Made by a program: the position numbers and the translations under genes
Notes under the pieces: model-generated
Seen by the model: the letters and a program-made list of their open reading frames with translations, nothing else
What the model was told of the DNA's origin: nothing
Database searches by the model: none
DNA from: Candidatus Saccharimonadota bacterium
GTDB taxonomy: Bacteria; Patescibacteriota; Saccharimonadia; Saccharimonadales; Saccharimonadaceae
Direction: 5' to 3'
Length of the DNA: 32,000 nucleotides
Assembly (NCBI GenBank): GCA_001029695.1
Contig: CP011211.1
Span: 900,001-932,000 of the forward strand
Shown here: positions 9,265 through 16,705 of the stretch, one piece after another
Position numbering within the stretch: position 1 is the stretch's first letter
How the letters are laid out: each line of letters starts with the position of its first letter

Positions 9265-9861
9265 ATGGGCGTCACTATTGAAGATATCAAGAAACTAAAA
9301 GAACTTACTGGTGTTGGTCTCACTGACGCTAAGGGTGCGCTTGTAGAGGCGGACGGTGATTTTGACAAAGCACTTGAAGCAATGCGCAAAAAAGGCCTCA
9401 CAAAGGCTGAGAAAAAAGGTGATCGTGAGACTCGTGAGGGTCTGATCGAGAGCTACGTGCACAGTGATCGTATTGGTGTAGTTGTCGAAGTAAACTGTGA
9501 GACTGACTTTGTCGCACGTCTTCCAGAGTTTAAAGAATTCGCACACCAAATTGCTATGCAGATCGCAGCTATGGCACCAAAGTACTCAACGGTTGAAGAT
9601 ATTCCAGCTGAAGAATACGAAGCGAAAAAAGCTGAACTACTTGCAAGCGACGCGCTTAACGGTAAGCCAGCTGAAATGGCTGAAAAGATCGTCGAAGGTC
9701 AGCTTAAAAAGCACTTTGCAGAGCAAGTGTTGAGCGAGCAGACATTTGTACTCGACGACAGCATGACTGTCGAAGATCGAATCAAGGAGCAGATCGCAAA
9801 GAGCGGTGAAAATATTCGTATCTCACAATTCAAGCGAATTGAACTTGGCGTTAGCGAGTAG
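9265..9861 (+). CDS. tsf: Translation elongation factor Ts (short form)
   Basis: UBA-like N-terminus IKKLKELTGVGLTDAKGALVEADGDFDKALEAMRKKG. CETDFVAR motif present. GAGGAG RBS upstream. Follows rpsB. Confidence 0.92.
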   Translation: MGVTIEDIKKLKELTGVGLTDAKGALVEADGDFDKALEAMRKKGLTKAEKKGDRETREGLIESYVHSDRIGVVVEVNCETDFVARLPEFKEFAHQIAMQIAAMAPKYSTVEDIPAEEYEAKKAELLASDALNGKPAEMAEKIVEGQLKKHFAEQVLSEQTFVLDDSMTVEDRIKEQIAKSGENIRISQFKRIELGVSE

Positions 9862-9880
9862 ATTACTCTCTGTGTAATCA

Positions 9881-9911
9881 AAAAAGTAGTCACAATAGTG
9901 GCTACTTTTTT
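9881..9911 (+). terminator. Intrinsic terminator downstream of tsf
   Basis: 9-bp stem 9885-9893/9898-9906 (one G-U pair), AATA loop, followed by a T6 run. Confidence 0.8.
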
Positions 9912-9972
9912 ATTAGGGATGAACTATCCTATTATTGTTTAAACTAAGCATAAGCTTTGAGGGCAAAACAAA

Positions 9973-10581
9973 ATGTTAAAATCAAAAAATGCCGGATTTA
10001 CGATCGTAGAACTACTTATCGTGATAGTGGTGATTGGTATACTGGCGGCAATTATGATTGTTTCGTTTAATGGCGTTCAGAATAGGGCGAAAGACACCGC
10101 ACAAATCACCCTTGTTTCTCAATGGGAGTCTATCCTAAAGCTTTACGTCGCAGAACATGGAAGTCTTCCTGTTACCGTTTCTGACAGAGTGTACCTCGGC
10201 ACATCTTACCCTGCGAGTGGAGTCTTTAGCCTCAATAGTTGTCATTTTTATGAGCAGAATGGATACAATGAACAGCGTAGTGCTGTCGAACCTGATGTCA
10301 TAAATAAATTTAGAGAAGTAGCAACTATACCTAGTCAATCACCTGATTCCTCTGGGTTCGTTGCGACAGACGGTACTGACAGTATGAAATTTTTGACGAG
10401 AGGTGTCGCATTGACTATGAACCAAGCGTCAACGCCACATTCTAACTATAAGCTTGAGTATGGCGTTACGGGAAATAAGTGCCCTTCAGGTGACGAGGGC
10501 GATGAGACCGCAACGCCTGAGTCGCTCGAGCCCGGAGATTCTGTAAAAGGAAACCTGTGCGTTAGAAGACTGTTTTTCTAG
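9973..10581 (+). CDS. Type IV pilin / pseudopilin-like protein with prepilin N-terminal cleavage-methylation motif
   Basis: Class III signal peptide MLKSKNAG|FTIVELLIVIVVIGILAAI. The variable C-terminal domain contains Cys residues. Confidence 0.78.
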   Translation: MLKSKNAGFTIVELLIVIVVIGILAAIMIVSFNGVQNRAKDTAQITLVSQWESILKLYVAEHGSLPVTVSDRVYLGTSYPASGVFSLNSCHFYEQNGYNEQRSAVEPDVINKFREVATIPSQSPDSSGFVATDGTDSMKFLTRGVALTMNQASTPHSNYKLEYGVTGNKCPSGDEGDETATPESLEPGDSVKGNLCVRRLFF

Positions 10582-10600
10582 AGCAAGTCTGGACGTAGAG

Positions 10601-10628
10601 TGTCAATGTTATATAAATTTGCTATAAT
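10601..10628 (+). promoter_or_regulatory. Promoter of frr
   Basis: TGTCAA (10601-10606), a 16-nt spacer, then extended -10 TGcTATAAT (10620-10628). A 26-nt leader with AGAGGA follows. Confidence 0.55.
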
Positions 10629-10654
10629 TTAGACAACTAACCAAGAGGAAAATT

Positions 10655-11209
10655 ATGTTTGATACCGATACCCATGAATTAAAAATGACGAGTGCGCTTG
10701 AACACTTTGAAGATGAGCTGAAAAAGGTTCGCACAGGCCGTGCGCATCCTAGTATGCTCGAGGGTATCAAGGTTGAGGTATATGGCTCTGCCATGCCACT
10801 TAACCAGGTAGCAAACATTACTGCACCAGAACCGCAGCTTCTACAAATTACACCTTTTGACCCGAGTAATATTCAATCTATCGCTGCTGCAATTCGTGCT
10901 GATCAATCTCTTGGATTTAATCCTTCGGATGACGGTCGACTGATTCGTGTGCCTGTTCCGCCACTTACGGAAGAGCGTCGTAAGCAGATGGTCAAACAGA
11001 CGGGCGAAAAAGTAGAAGAAGCACGTATCGCACTTCGCAATATTCGCCAAGATGCACTTAAGGATGCTAAGCGCAAAAAAGACGCCAAAGAGCTTTCCGA
11101 GGATGATGTAAAAGCGGTAGAAAAAGAGATCGATCGACTCATGGCTGAATATCAGGTGAAGATCGAGTCGGCGTTTAAGGCAAAAGAAAAAGATATTCTT
11201 ACTATTTAA
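10655..11209 (+). CDS. frr: Ribosome recycling factor
   Basis: Full-length similarity to RRF (ALEHFEDELKKVRTGRAHPSMLEGIKVEVYGSAMPLNQVANI...). AGAGGA RBS upstream. Confidence 0.95.
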   Translation: MFDTDTHELKMTSALEHFEDELKKVRTGRAHPSMLEGIKVEVYGSAMPLNQVANITAPEPQLLQITPFDPSNIQSIAAAIRADQSLGFNPSDDGRLIRVPVPPLTEERRKQMVKQTGEKVEEARIALRNIRQDALKDAKRKKDAKELSEDDVKAVEKEIDRLMAEYQVKIESAFKAKEKDILTI

Positions 11210-11622
11210 TGACGATTGTCGAACGTGTCTACTTCACGGGACTCCCACTTGATCAGCTCGTGGTGATCGGCAGCGGCGTCCTTGATGCGCTCGAGCTACG
11301 ACCCGCTGTCGATATCGATATGGTTGTCACGGAAGAGTTATTTGAAACTCTCAGCCAATCTGGTGACTATAGAGAATCGATTATTCATGGTGAACGAGTG
11401 CTTGAAAAGGATGATCAAGAGATCTGGCTATCATGGGGTAGTGAAGGTGTCGCTAATTTTCAGGCTCTTTCTCAGGGTGGAGTGACGATAGGTGGCGTGC
11501 GCTTTGCGCATCCTGAATTTGTACTGCAGTGGAAGCGAGCTATGAATCGCTACAAAGACCAGAGTGACATACAGCTTCTCGAGAAATACTTGCAGCAAGA
11601 CGAGAGTGTGGCAGATTTATAG
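11209..11622 (+). CDS. Hypothetical small protein, possibly a minimal nucleotidyltransferase-fold (Pol-beta superfamily) protein
   Basis: 137 aa whose start overlaps the frr stop by 1 nt (TAATG). VVIGSGVLDALELRPAVDIDMVV fits the G[SG]...DxD NTase pattern. The assignment is motif-level only. Confidence 0.4.
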   Translation: MTIVERVYFTGLPLDQLVVIGSGVLDALELRPAVDIDMVVTEELFETLSQSGDYRESIIHGERVLEKDDQEIWLSWGSEGVANFQALSQGGVTIGGVRFAHPEFVLQWKRAMNRYKDQSDIQLLEKYLQQDESVADL

Positions 11623-11688
11623 TCAAAAATTACACCTCACTGTATACTGGTAATAGTTATTTTGAGCGACTGATAAAACGGAGGATTG

Positions 11689-12837
11689 ATGGAGTTATTA
11701 TTTGGAGTAATCGTAGGGCTATTTATACTAGTATTTCTTGTAGTGCTGCACGAACTAGGGCATGCAATTGCCGCGAGACGCAATGGTGTCGTGGTCGAAG
11801 AGTTTGGCATAGGGTTTCCGCCAAAAGCATGGTCAAAGAAGCTTAAAAACGGCGTCGAGTTCAGCCTGAACTGGCTACCTCTTGGTGGTTTCGTAAAACT
11901 TCAAGGTGAGCATGATGCTGCAACCAAAAAAGGTGATTATGGCGCAGCAAGTTTTTGGGTAAAGACAAAAATCCTCCTTGCTGGAGTGTTTATAAACTGG
12001 GTGACTGCTGCAGTACTGCTAACGGTGCTAGCCGTGACAGGCTTGCCGAAAGTCCTCCCGAATCAATTTAGTGTTCAGGGCGATACTTCAGAGGTAAGCC
12101 AGCTCGTAAAGCTAACCTCAGTAGGAGAGGGTAGCTCGGCTCAAAAAGCAGGACTCAAAAAAGGGGACGAGATAGTGCAATTTGATGGACAGTCGGTTGC
12201 TTCGCCTCAGTCATTGATCGATCAGACAAAGGTAAACGCTGGTAAGTCTGTGGATGTCACGTATAAAAGAGATGGGATAGAGCAGCGTACGACAGTTTCG
12301 CTTCGTGACAATAACGATGATGGCGAGGGGTACTTAGGCGTTGGCTCTGGCCAGATGGCAATGACAAAATCGACATGGTCTGCGCCTATTGTCGGCGTAG
12401 TCGTGACAGGGCAGCTGACGCTCGAAACGCTCAAGGGCCTTGGATCTCTTGTCGGGAATTTATTTACAGGCCTCGCATCTCAACTGAGCGGTGACGGCGC
12501 TACAAGAGAAAAGGGTAGTAAGGAGCTAAGCGCGGCTGGTGATAGTGTCGCTGGTCCGATCGGTATTCTTGGAGTAATCTTCCCTGCTGCGCAGCAGGCT
12601 GGGTTGACACAGCTTGTGCTTTTAACAGCGATCATTTCACTTACTTTGGCGGTCATGAACGTTCTTCCGATTCCTGCACTTGACGGAGGTAGGTGGTTTA
12701 CTATGGCGGCATTCCGACTCTTTAAGAAGAAGCTGACGAAAGAGCGTGAAGAAAAGATTCAGACTATCGGATTTTTAACTCTAATGGCGCTTGTCGTCGT
12801 GGTAACATTTGCTGATGTCGGAAAACTCATCAAGTAA
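11689..12837 (+). CDS. rseP: RseP/RasP-type site-2 protease (M50 zinc metalloprotease with PDZ domain)
   Basis: HELGH zinc motif near the N-terminus, a central PDZ-like segment (GSSAQKAGLKKGDEIVQFDG), and the NVLPIPALDGG motif. GGAGG RBS before ATG 11689. Confidence 0.87.
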   Translation: MELLFGVIVGLFILVFLVVLHELGHAIAARRNGVVVEEFGIGFPPKAWSKKLKNGVEFSLNWLPLGGFVKLQGEHDAATKKGDYGAASFWVKTKILLAGVFINWVTAAVLLTVLAVTGLPKVLPNQFSVQGDTSEVSQLVKLTSVGEGSSAQKAGLKKGDEIVQFDGQSVASPQSLIDQTKVNAGKSVDVTYKRDGIEQRTTVSLRDNNDDGEGYLGVGSGQMAMTKSTWSAPIVGVVVTGQLTLETLKGLGSLVGNLFTGLASQLSGDGATREKGSKELSAAGDSVAGPIGILGVIFPAAQQAGLTQLVLLTAIISLTLAVMNVLPIPALDGGRWFTMAAFRLFKKKLTKEREEKIQTIGFLTLMALVVVVTFADVGKLIK

Positions 12838-13654
12838 TAAGCCTGCACGTTCACCAAAGAATGGACTTGCAAGAGTAAAGCACCGTATTAAAAGTATGCG
12901 GCGCAATAAAGCTGTTAAAAAACCTGAATACAAATGGAGCAGACTGCTTTTACTTCCTGCGTGGGTTTTTGTATCATTTACTCTTAGTCAGTGGATCGTT
13001 CAACTTGGTGCTCAGTTAAGTGTGTGGGCGGGGTTCCCGCTTCTTCAGGCGGTAAACTCATCGGTTCTACAGACGATTCTCACGGCGTTGGTATTTTTGG
13101 TTGCTTTTACGATCACTTTTGGCGTGCCGTATGTATTTAGAAAGCAGATTGTCACGAAGGAACTGCTCGGCATAACTCGTCTTCCAAGTTGGTCTGATAT
13201 TGGTCTTGCACCGCTAAGCTATATTGCCTATGCGCTGCTTTCTGCGAGTATCGCATACATTGCTGTGACTTATGTACCGGGTTTTCCTGTTGATCAGGCA
13301 CAGGATGTTGGCTTTAAGTCTATGGGCCATAGAGAGGAATATTTGCTTGCCTTCATCGCTCTCGTGGTCGTGGCACCAATCGCAGAGGAGCTGCTGTTTA
13401 GGGGATATTTGTATGGTAAACTCCGAGCGCGCGTGCCGCTCTACGGGGCAATACTTGCGACAAGTATATTGTTTGGTTTTATCCATGGACAATGGAATCT
13501 TGCACTTGATACATTTGCACTGAGCTTAGTGCTGTGTGGGCTGCGTGAATTGACAGGAAGCATTTGGGCTGGAGTGTTACTTCATATGCTCAAGAACGCG
13601 ATCGCTTTTTATTTGACGTTTGTCGTGCCCATGACGACAGGCATCGGCGGCTAG
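12815..13654 (+). CDS. CPBP family (CAAX/Abi-type) intramembrane glutamic protease
   Basis: Motifs APIAEELLFRGYLYG, FGFIHG and LHMLKN within a polytopic membrane protein. The start is uncertain: TTG 12809, ATG 12815 or ATG 12896. Confidence 0.8.
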   Translation: MSENSSSNKPARSPKNGLARVKHRIKSMRRNKAVKKPEYKWSRLLLLPAWVFVSFTLSQWIVQLGAQLSVWAGFPLLQAVNSSVLQTILTALVFLVAFTITFGVPYVFRKQIVTKELLGITRLPSWSDIGLAPLSYIAYALLSASIAYIAVTYVPGFPVDQAQDVGFKSMGHREEYLLAFIALVVVAPIAEELLFRGYLYGKLRARVPLYGAILATSILFGFIHGQWNLALDTFALSLVLCGLRELTGSIWAGVLLHMLKNAIAFYLTFVVPMTTGIGG

Positions 13655-13712
13655 TCGCCTCTGAGGTCTGTCTGGCAATACCGATGTAAAAAAGCTACAA
13701 TAAGGGGATAGT

Positions 13713-14954
13713 ATGAGAATTAGTCAGTTATTTACAAAAACCAGCAAATCAGCCCCAGCCGATGAAGTCGCTAAAAATGCACAACTTTTGATTCGTGCAG
13801 GATATGTCTATAAAGTCATGGCAGGCGTATATGCCTATACGCCGCTTGGTCTCCGCGTACTCGAAAATATCAAACAGGTAGTGCGTGAAGAGATGAATGT
13901 CGTCAATGGTCAGGAATTGATCATGACAAACTTGCAGCCGAAAGAGACGTGGCAGACGACCGGCCGATGGGATGACGACGTTGTTGATGTTTGGTTTAAG
14001 ACGCAGCTTAAAGATGAGACGGAGATTGGTCTTGCATGGAGCCACGAAGAGGCGATCATGGAGATGATGCAGCAATTTGTTAAGAGCTACAAAGACCTTC
14101 CGACGAGTGTCTATCAATTTCAAACCAAGCTTCGCAATGAGCTTCGTGCAAAAAGCGGCATTATGCGAGGACGTGAGTTTGTAATGAAAGACATGTATTC
14201 ATTGCATGCAAGTGCGGATGACCTGGACACGTACTACAATTCTGTTATCGAGGCTTATAAGCGAGTATACGCACGACTTGGGCTTGGAGATGATACCTAC
14301 GTTACCTTTGCAAGTGGAGGAGCGTTTACGAAATTTAGTCACGAATTTCAGACAATTTGTGATGCCGGCGAGGATATCTTGTATGTTCACCGAGAAAAAA
14401 ATATCGCAGTAAACGAAGAAGTACTCGAAGATGCGATCGCTGAGCTTGGTATCGATCGAAACGAGCTTGAAAAAGTTAAGAGTGCTGAGGTCGGTAATAT
14501 CTTTAATTTCGGTTCAGAGAAATCAGAACAAATGAACATTACCGTAACAAGCAAAAAAGGTCAGCAGCAGCCGATCTATCTTGCTTCGTATGGTATTGGC
14601 ATTACTCGTGTGATGGGCGTGATCGTAGAGAAGTTTGCCGATGAAAAAGGAATTGTGTGGCCAGAATCTGTCGCACCAGCTAAGGTGTATCTTGTAAGGA
14701 TTGGCGGAGAGGCATCGATTGCAAAGGCGGACGAACTTTATGCTGACCTTAAGACTGCAGGGATTGAAGTGCTTTATGATGATCGTGACGAGCGTCCAGG
14801 TGCTAAATTTGCTGACGCTGAGTTGATGGGTATTCCGTATCGCGTCACAGTAAGCGATCGTCTGCTTGAGTCTGATAGCTACGAATATACGGTTCGCTCC
14901 AGTGGTGAGACGCAAATATTGACACGTGAACAGCTGCACGATATAATAAATTAA
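13713..14954 (+). CDS. proS: Prolyl-tRNA synthetase, bacterial-like but lacking the INS editing domain
   Basis: ProRS N-terminus MRISQLFTKTSKSAPADEVAKNAQLLIRAGY. Motif 2 region FQTKLRNELRAKSGIMRGREFVMKDMYS and an anticodon-binding C-terminus are present. At 413 aa, only a ~25-aa linker sits where INS would be. Confidence 0.9.
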   Translation: MRISQLFTKTSKSAPADEVAKNAQLLIRAGYVYKVMAGVYAYTPLGLRVLENIKQVVREEMNVVNGQELIMTNLQPKETWQTTGRWDDDVVDVWFKTQLKDETEIGLAWSHEEAIMEMMQQFVKSYKDLPTSVYQFQTKLRNELRAKSGIMRGREFVMKDMYSLHASADDLDTYYNSVIEAYKRVYARLGLGDDTYVTFASGGAFTKFSHEFQTICDAGEDILYVHREKNIAVNEEVLEDAIAELGIDRNELEKVKSAEVGNIFNFGSEKSEQMNITVTSKKGQQQPIYLASYGIGITRVMGVIVEKFADEKGIVWPESVAPAKVYLVRIGGEASIAKADELYADLKTAGIEVLYDDRDERPGAKFADAELMGIPYRVTVSDRLLESDSYEYTVRSSGETQILTREQLHDIIN

Positions 14955-15006
14955 CTGTAAACGATACGACTTATACAGGGGTTTACAAGGGAATATGAAT
15001 TGAAGC

Positions 15007-15030
15007 AAGTGCTCACTGTCGGCACTTTTT
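15007..15030 (+). terminator. Weak terminator-like hairpin after proS
   Basis: aagtgc (15007-15012) pairs with gcactt (15022-15027), followed by T-rich sequence. The stem is short and overlaps the greA -10 region. Confidence 0.35.
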
Positions 15031-15061
15031 ATAATGGAATTTAAGGAAAACGATAACAGAT

Positions 15062-15517
15062 ATGAAAAAACTATTTCAAATCACTGACGAAGGTAAAAAA
15101 GAACTCGAAGCAGAGCTTGAAGAGCTAAAGGGTCGTCGTGGCGCGATTGCTGACAAGATTGCTGAAGCTCGTGACTACGGTGATCTTAGTGAAAATGCTG
15201 AATATGATGCCGCTCGTGAAGAGCAGGGTCTTGTTGAGAGTCGTATCGCTGAAATCGAAGACGTACTTCTTAACGCTGAGATTATCACAGCAACAAAAAG
15301 TTCAAAAGTAACTCTTGGGTCAAAGGTTGAGTTAAAGACAGCCGGGAAGACGGTGAATTACCACGTTGTTGGCCCTGTAGAGGCTGATCCACTAGAGGGG
15401 AAAATTAGCAACGAGTCACCAATCGGGGTTGCACTACTTGGCAAAAAAGTTGGCGATAGCGCTACAATCACTACGCCAAAAGGTGAGATCTCTTACGATA
15501 TCGTTAAGATTGGTTAA
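15062..15517 (+). CDS. greA: Transcription elongation factor GreA
   Basis: Coiled-coil N-terminus with DLSENAEYDAAREEQ, plus a C-terminal globular domain. Length 151 aa. Confidence 0.92.
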   Translation: MKKLFQITDEGKKELEAELEELKGRRGAIADKIAEARDYGDLSENAEYDAAREEQGLVESRIAEIEDVLLNAEIITATKSSKVTLGSKVELKTAGKTVNYHVVGPVEADPLEGKISNESPIGVALLGKKVGDSATITTPKGEISYDIVKIG

Positions 15518-15533
15518 GCTACCAATTCTTCTT

Positions 15534-15561
15534 AAAAATACCGCAATTATGCGGTATTTTT
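15534..15561. terminator. Bidirectional intrinsic terminator between convergent greA and ORF 15582..16202
   Basis: AAAAATACCGC-aattat-GCGGTATTTTT: a perfect 7-bp stem with an A-run and a T-run flank. Confidence 0.8.
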
Positions 15562-15581
15562 AAATTTGAATCTAGGAGAGG

Positions 15582-16202
15582 CTACTCCATGTCAATGACG
15601 GTAGCTGCAGTGGGGTAGTTTTTGACCGCATTGCGAGCTTGTTTGCGTAGGTCAACATTGTCGGGGTATGCTTCGGATGCTTCGATAAGCCAGTTTGCTG
15701 TCTGGAGGCTTGGATTATTTTCATAGGCTTTTGTGGCCATTTCATGAAGTTGCTTACCGAGCGCTTCGTGTGTTGGTAGATTTAGTACTTCCTGACTACT
15801 CTTACGGTCATCTTCGTAAATAACAATTGCAGATAGAACATGCGTCGCAGCGCCTGTATCGTGGATTGCATGTAGTAATTTGTAGGCGTGTTCGACATCA
15901 TTGTCTTCATGAAGACAATGGAGCGCAAGCTGTGCGGTAGCGTAGTCCTTGTAGGGATCTTCGTCGTCTAGCTTGTGAATGAGGGCTTCTGTCTGTTCGA
16001 CGGTTATTGCTTCGCTGAGTAGTTCCGGTGGAAAAGCGTTGGCGGGAAATAGGTGACTGAAGTCAGATGGTTTTTTCTGCTCGAATTCGCTGTTTTCAAA
16101 ATGTATAAGAGCAGATCCGCCTATGAGACGCGGCAGGTCCTGGGGTGACGTATGTGCTTCGTCTATGTTGTCCTGTGGTATGTCTAGGGTGTTATGCTTC
16201 AT
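15582..16202 (-). CDS. Hypothetical acidic, His-rich, probably all-helical protein
   Basis: 206 aa ORF with no TM helix or signal peptide. Its start overlaps the stop of the upstream 83-aa ORF (ATGA). Confidence 0.6.
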   Translation of the reverse strand: MKHNTLDIPQDNIDEAHTSPQDLPRLIGGSALIHFENSEFEQKKPSDFSHLFPANAFPPELLSEAITVEQTEALIHKLDDEDPYKDYATAQLALHCLHEDNDVEHAYKLLHAIHDTGAATHVLSAIVIYEDDRKSSQEVLNLPTHEALGKQLHEMATKAYENNPSLQTANWLIEASEAYPDNVDLRKQARNAVKNYPTAATVIDME

Positions 16203-16450
16203 AGCACTTTTCCTATCGAGACAGCACCAAGAGTTTGAGATATTGTACGATACGCAGCGCTATCGGGCTCGAATAATACTGTGTTAACTTCGCCATCGAC
16301 AATATCAATTGTGACGATATGGTCTTTTTCGCCCGCCATATCGGTTTGAGTAAGTGTATCGTTGCCATGTTTGTTCAAAGGGTGAAGGCCGCGAGGGCGA
16401 TCGTCGTTAACTGGGTTGTCTGTGCTTAGTGCTTCAAATGTTTGTGTCAT
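16199..16450 (-). CDS. Hypothetical small acidic protein
   Basis: 83 aa ORF translationally coupled by a 4-nt overlap to the 206-aa ORF. No recognisable motif. Confidence 0.5.
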   Translation of the reverse strand: MTQTFEALSTDNPVNDDRPRGLHPLNKHGNDTLTQTDMAGEKDHIVTIDIVDGEVNTVLFEPDSAAYRTISQTLGAVSIGKVL

Positions 16451-16690
16451 GTTGATACCATCTATGCTATATTAACGATTTGTTTATGGCTTCATAGTAG
16501 CATACTAAGCGGTTTAAATCAACAACTTTATACGTACTATGACGTAGACACTATATGTAGCGGTGGCATAGAGGTCAATGGGGCTATTTTTGTAAGGCGT
16601 ATATACCATGAGGTGAATGCGCGCCTATCTCACCGTGTGTATAATTTTATGCAAAAATAGTGAAATCTGTCCATTTATGGTCAAATACGC

Positions 16691-16696
16691 TATAAT
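16691..16696 (+). promoter_or_regulatory. -10 box 9 nt upstream of the lysS start
   Basis: gcTATAAT-ttaacagat-ATG, with no SD between them. Confidence 0.55.
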
Positions 16697-16705
16697 TTAA
16701 CAGAT

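Noticed and set aside
14523-15008. 161-aa minus-strand ORF, plus 13749..14123 and 14199..14390.
   Set aside because: They are antisense shadow ORFs within proS, whose homology is continuous on the plus strand.
16442-16705. 72-aa plus-strand ORF, and a possible T-box or other riboswitch or tRNA in the 255-nt region upstream of lysS.
   Set aside because: The ORF has no RBS, overlaps the start of the divergent gene, and has an implausible composition. I found no T-box consensus, no tRNA T-loop (GGTTCGA-type) and no convincing terminator/antiterminator pair. Only a short GGTGA...TCACC hairpin is present. The lysS -10 box sits 9 nt from the ATG, which leaves no room for a leader.
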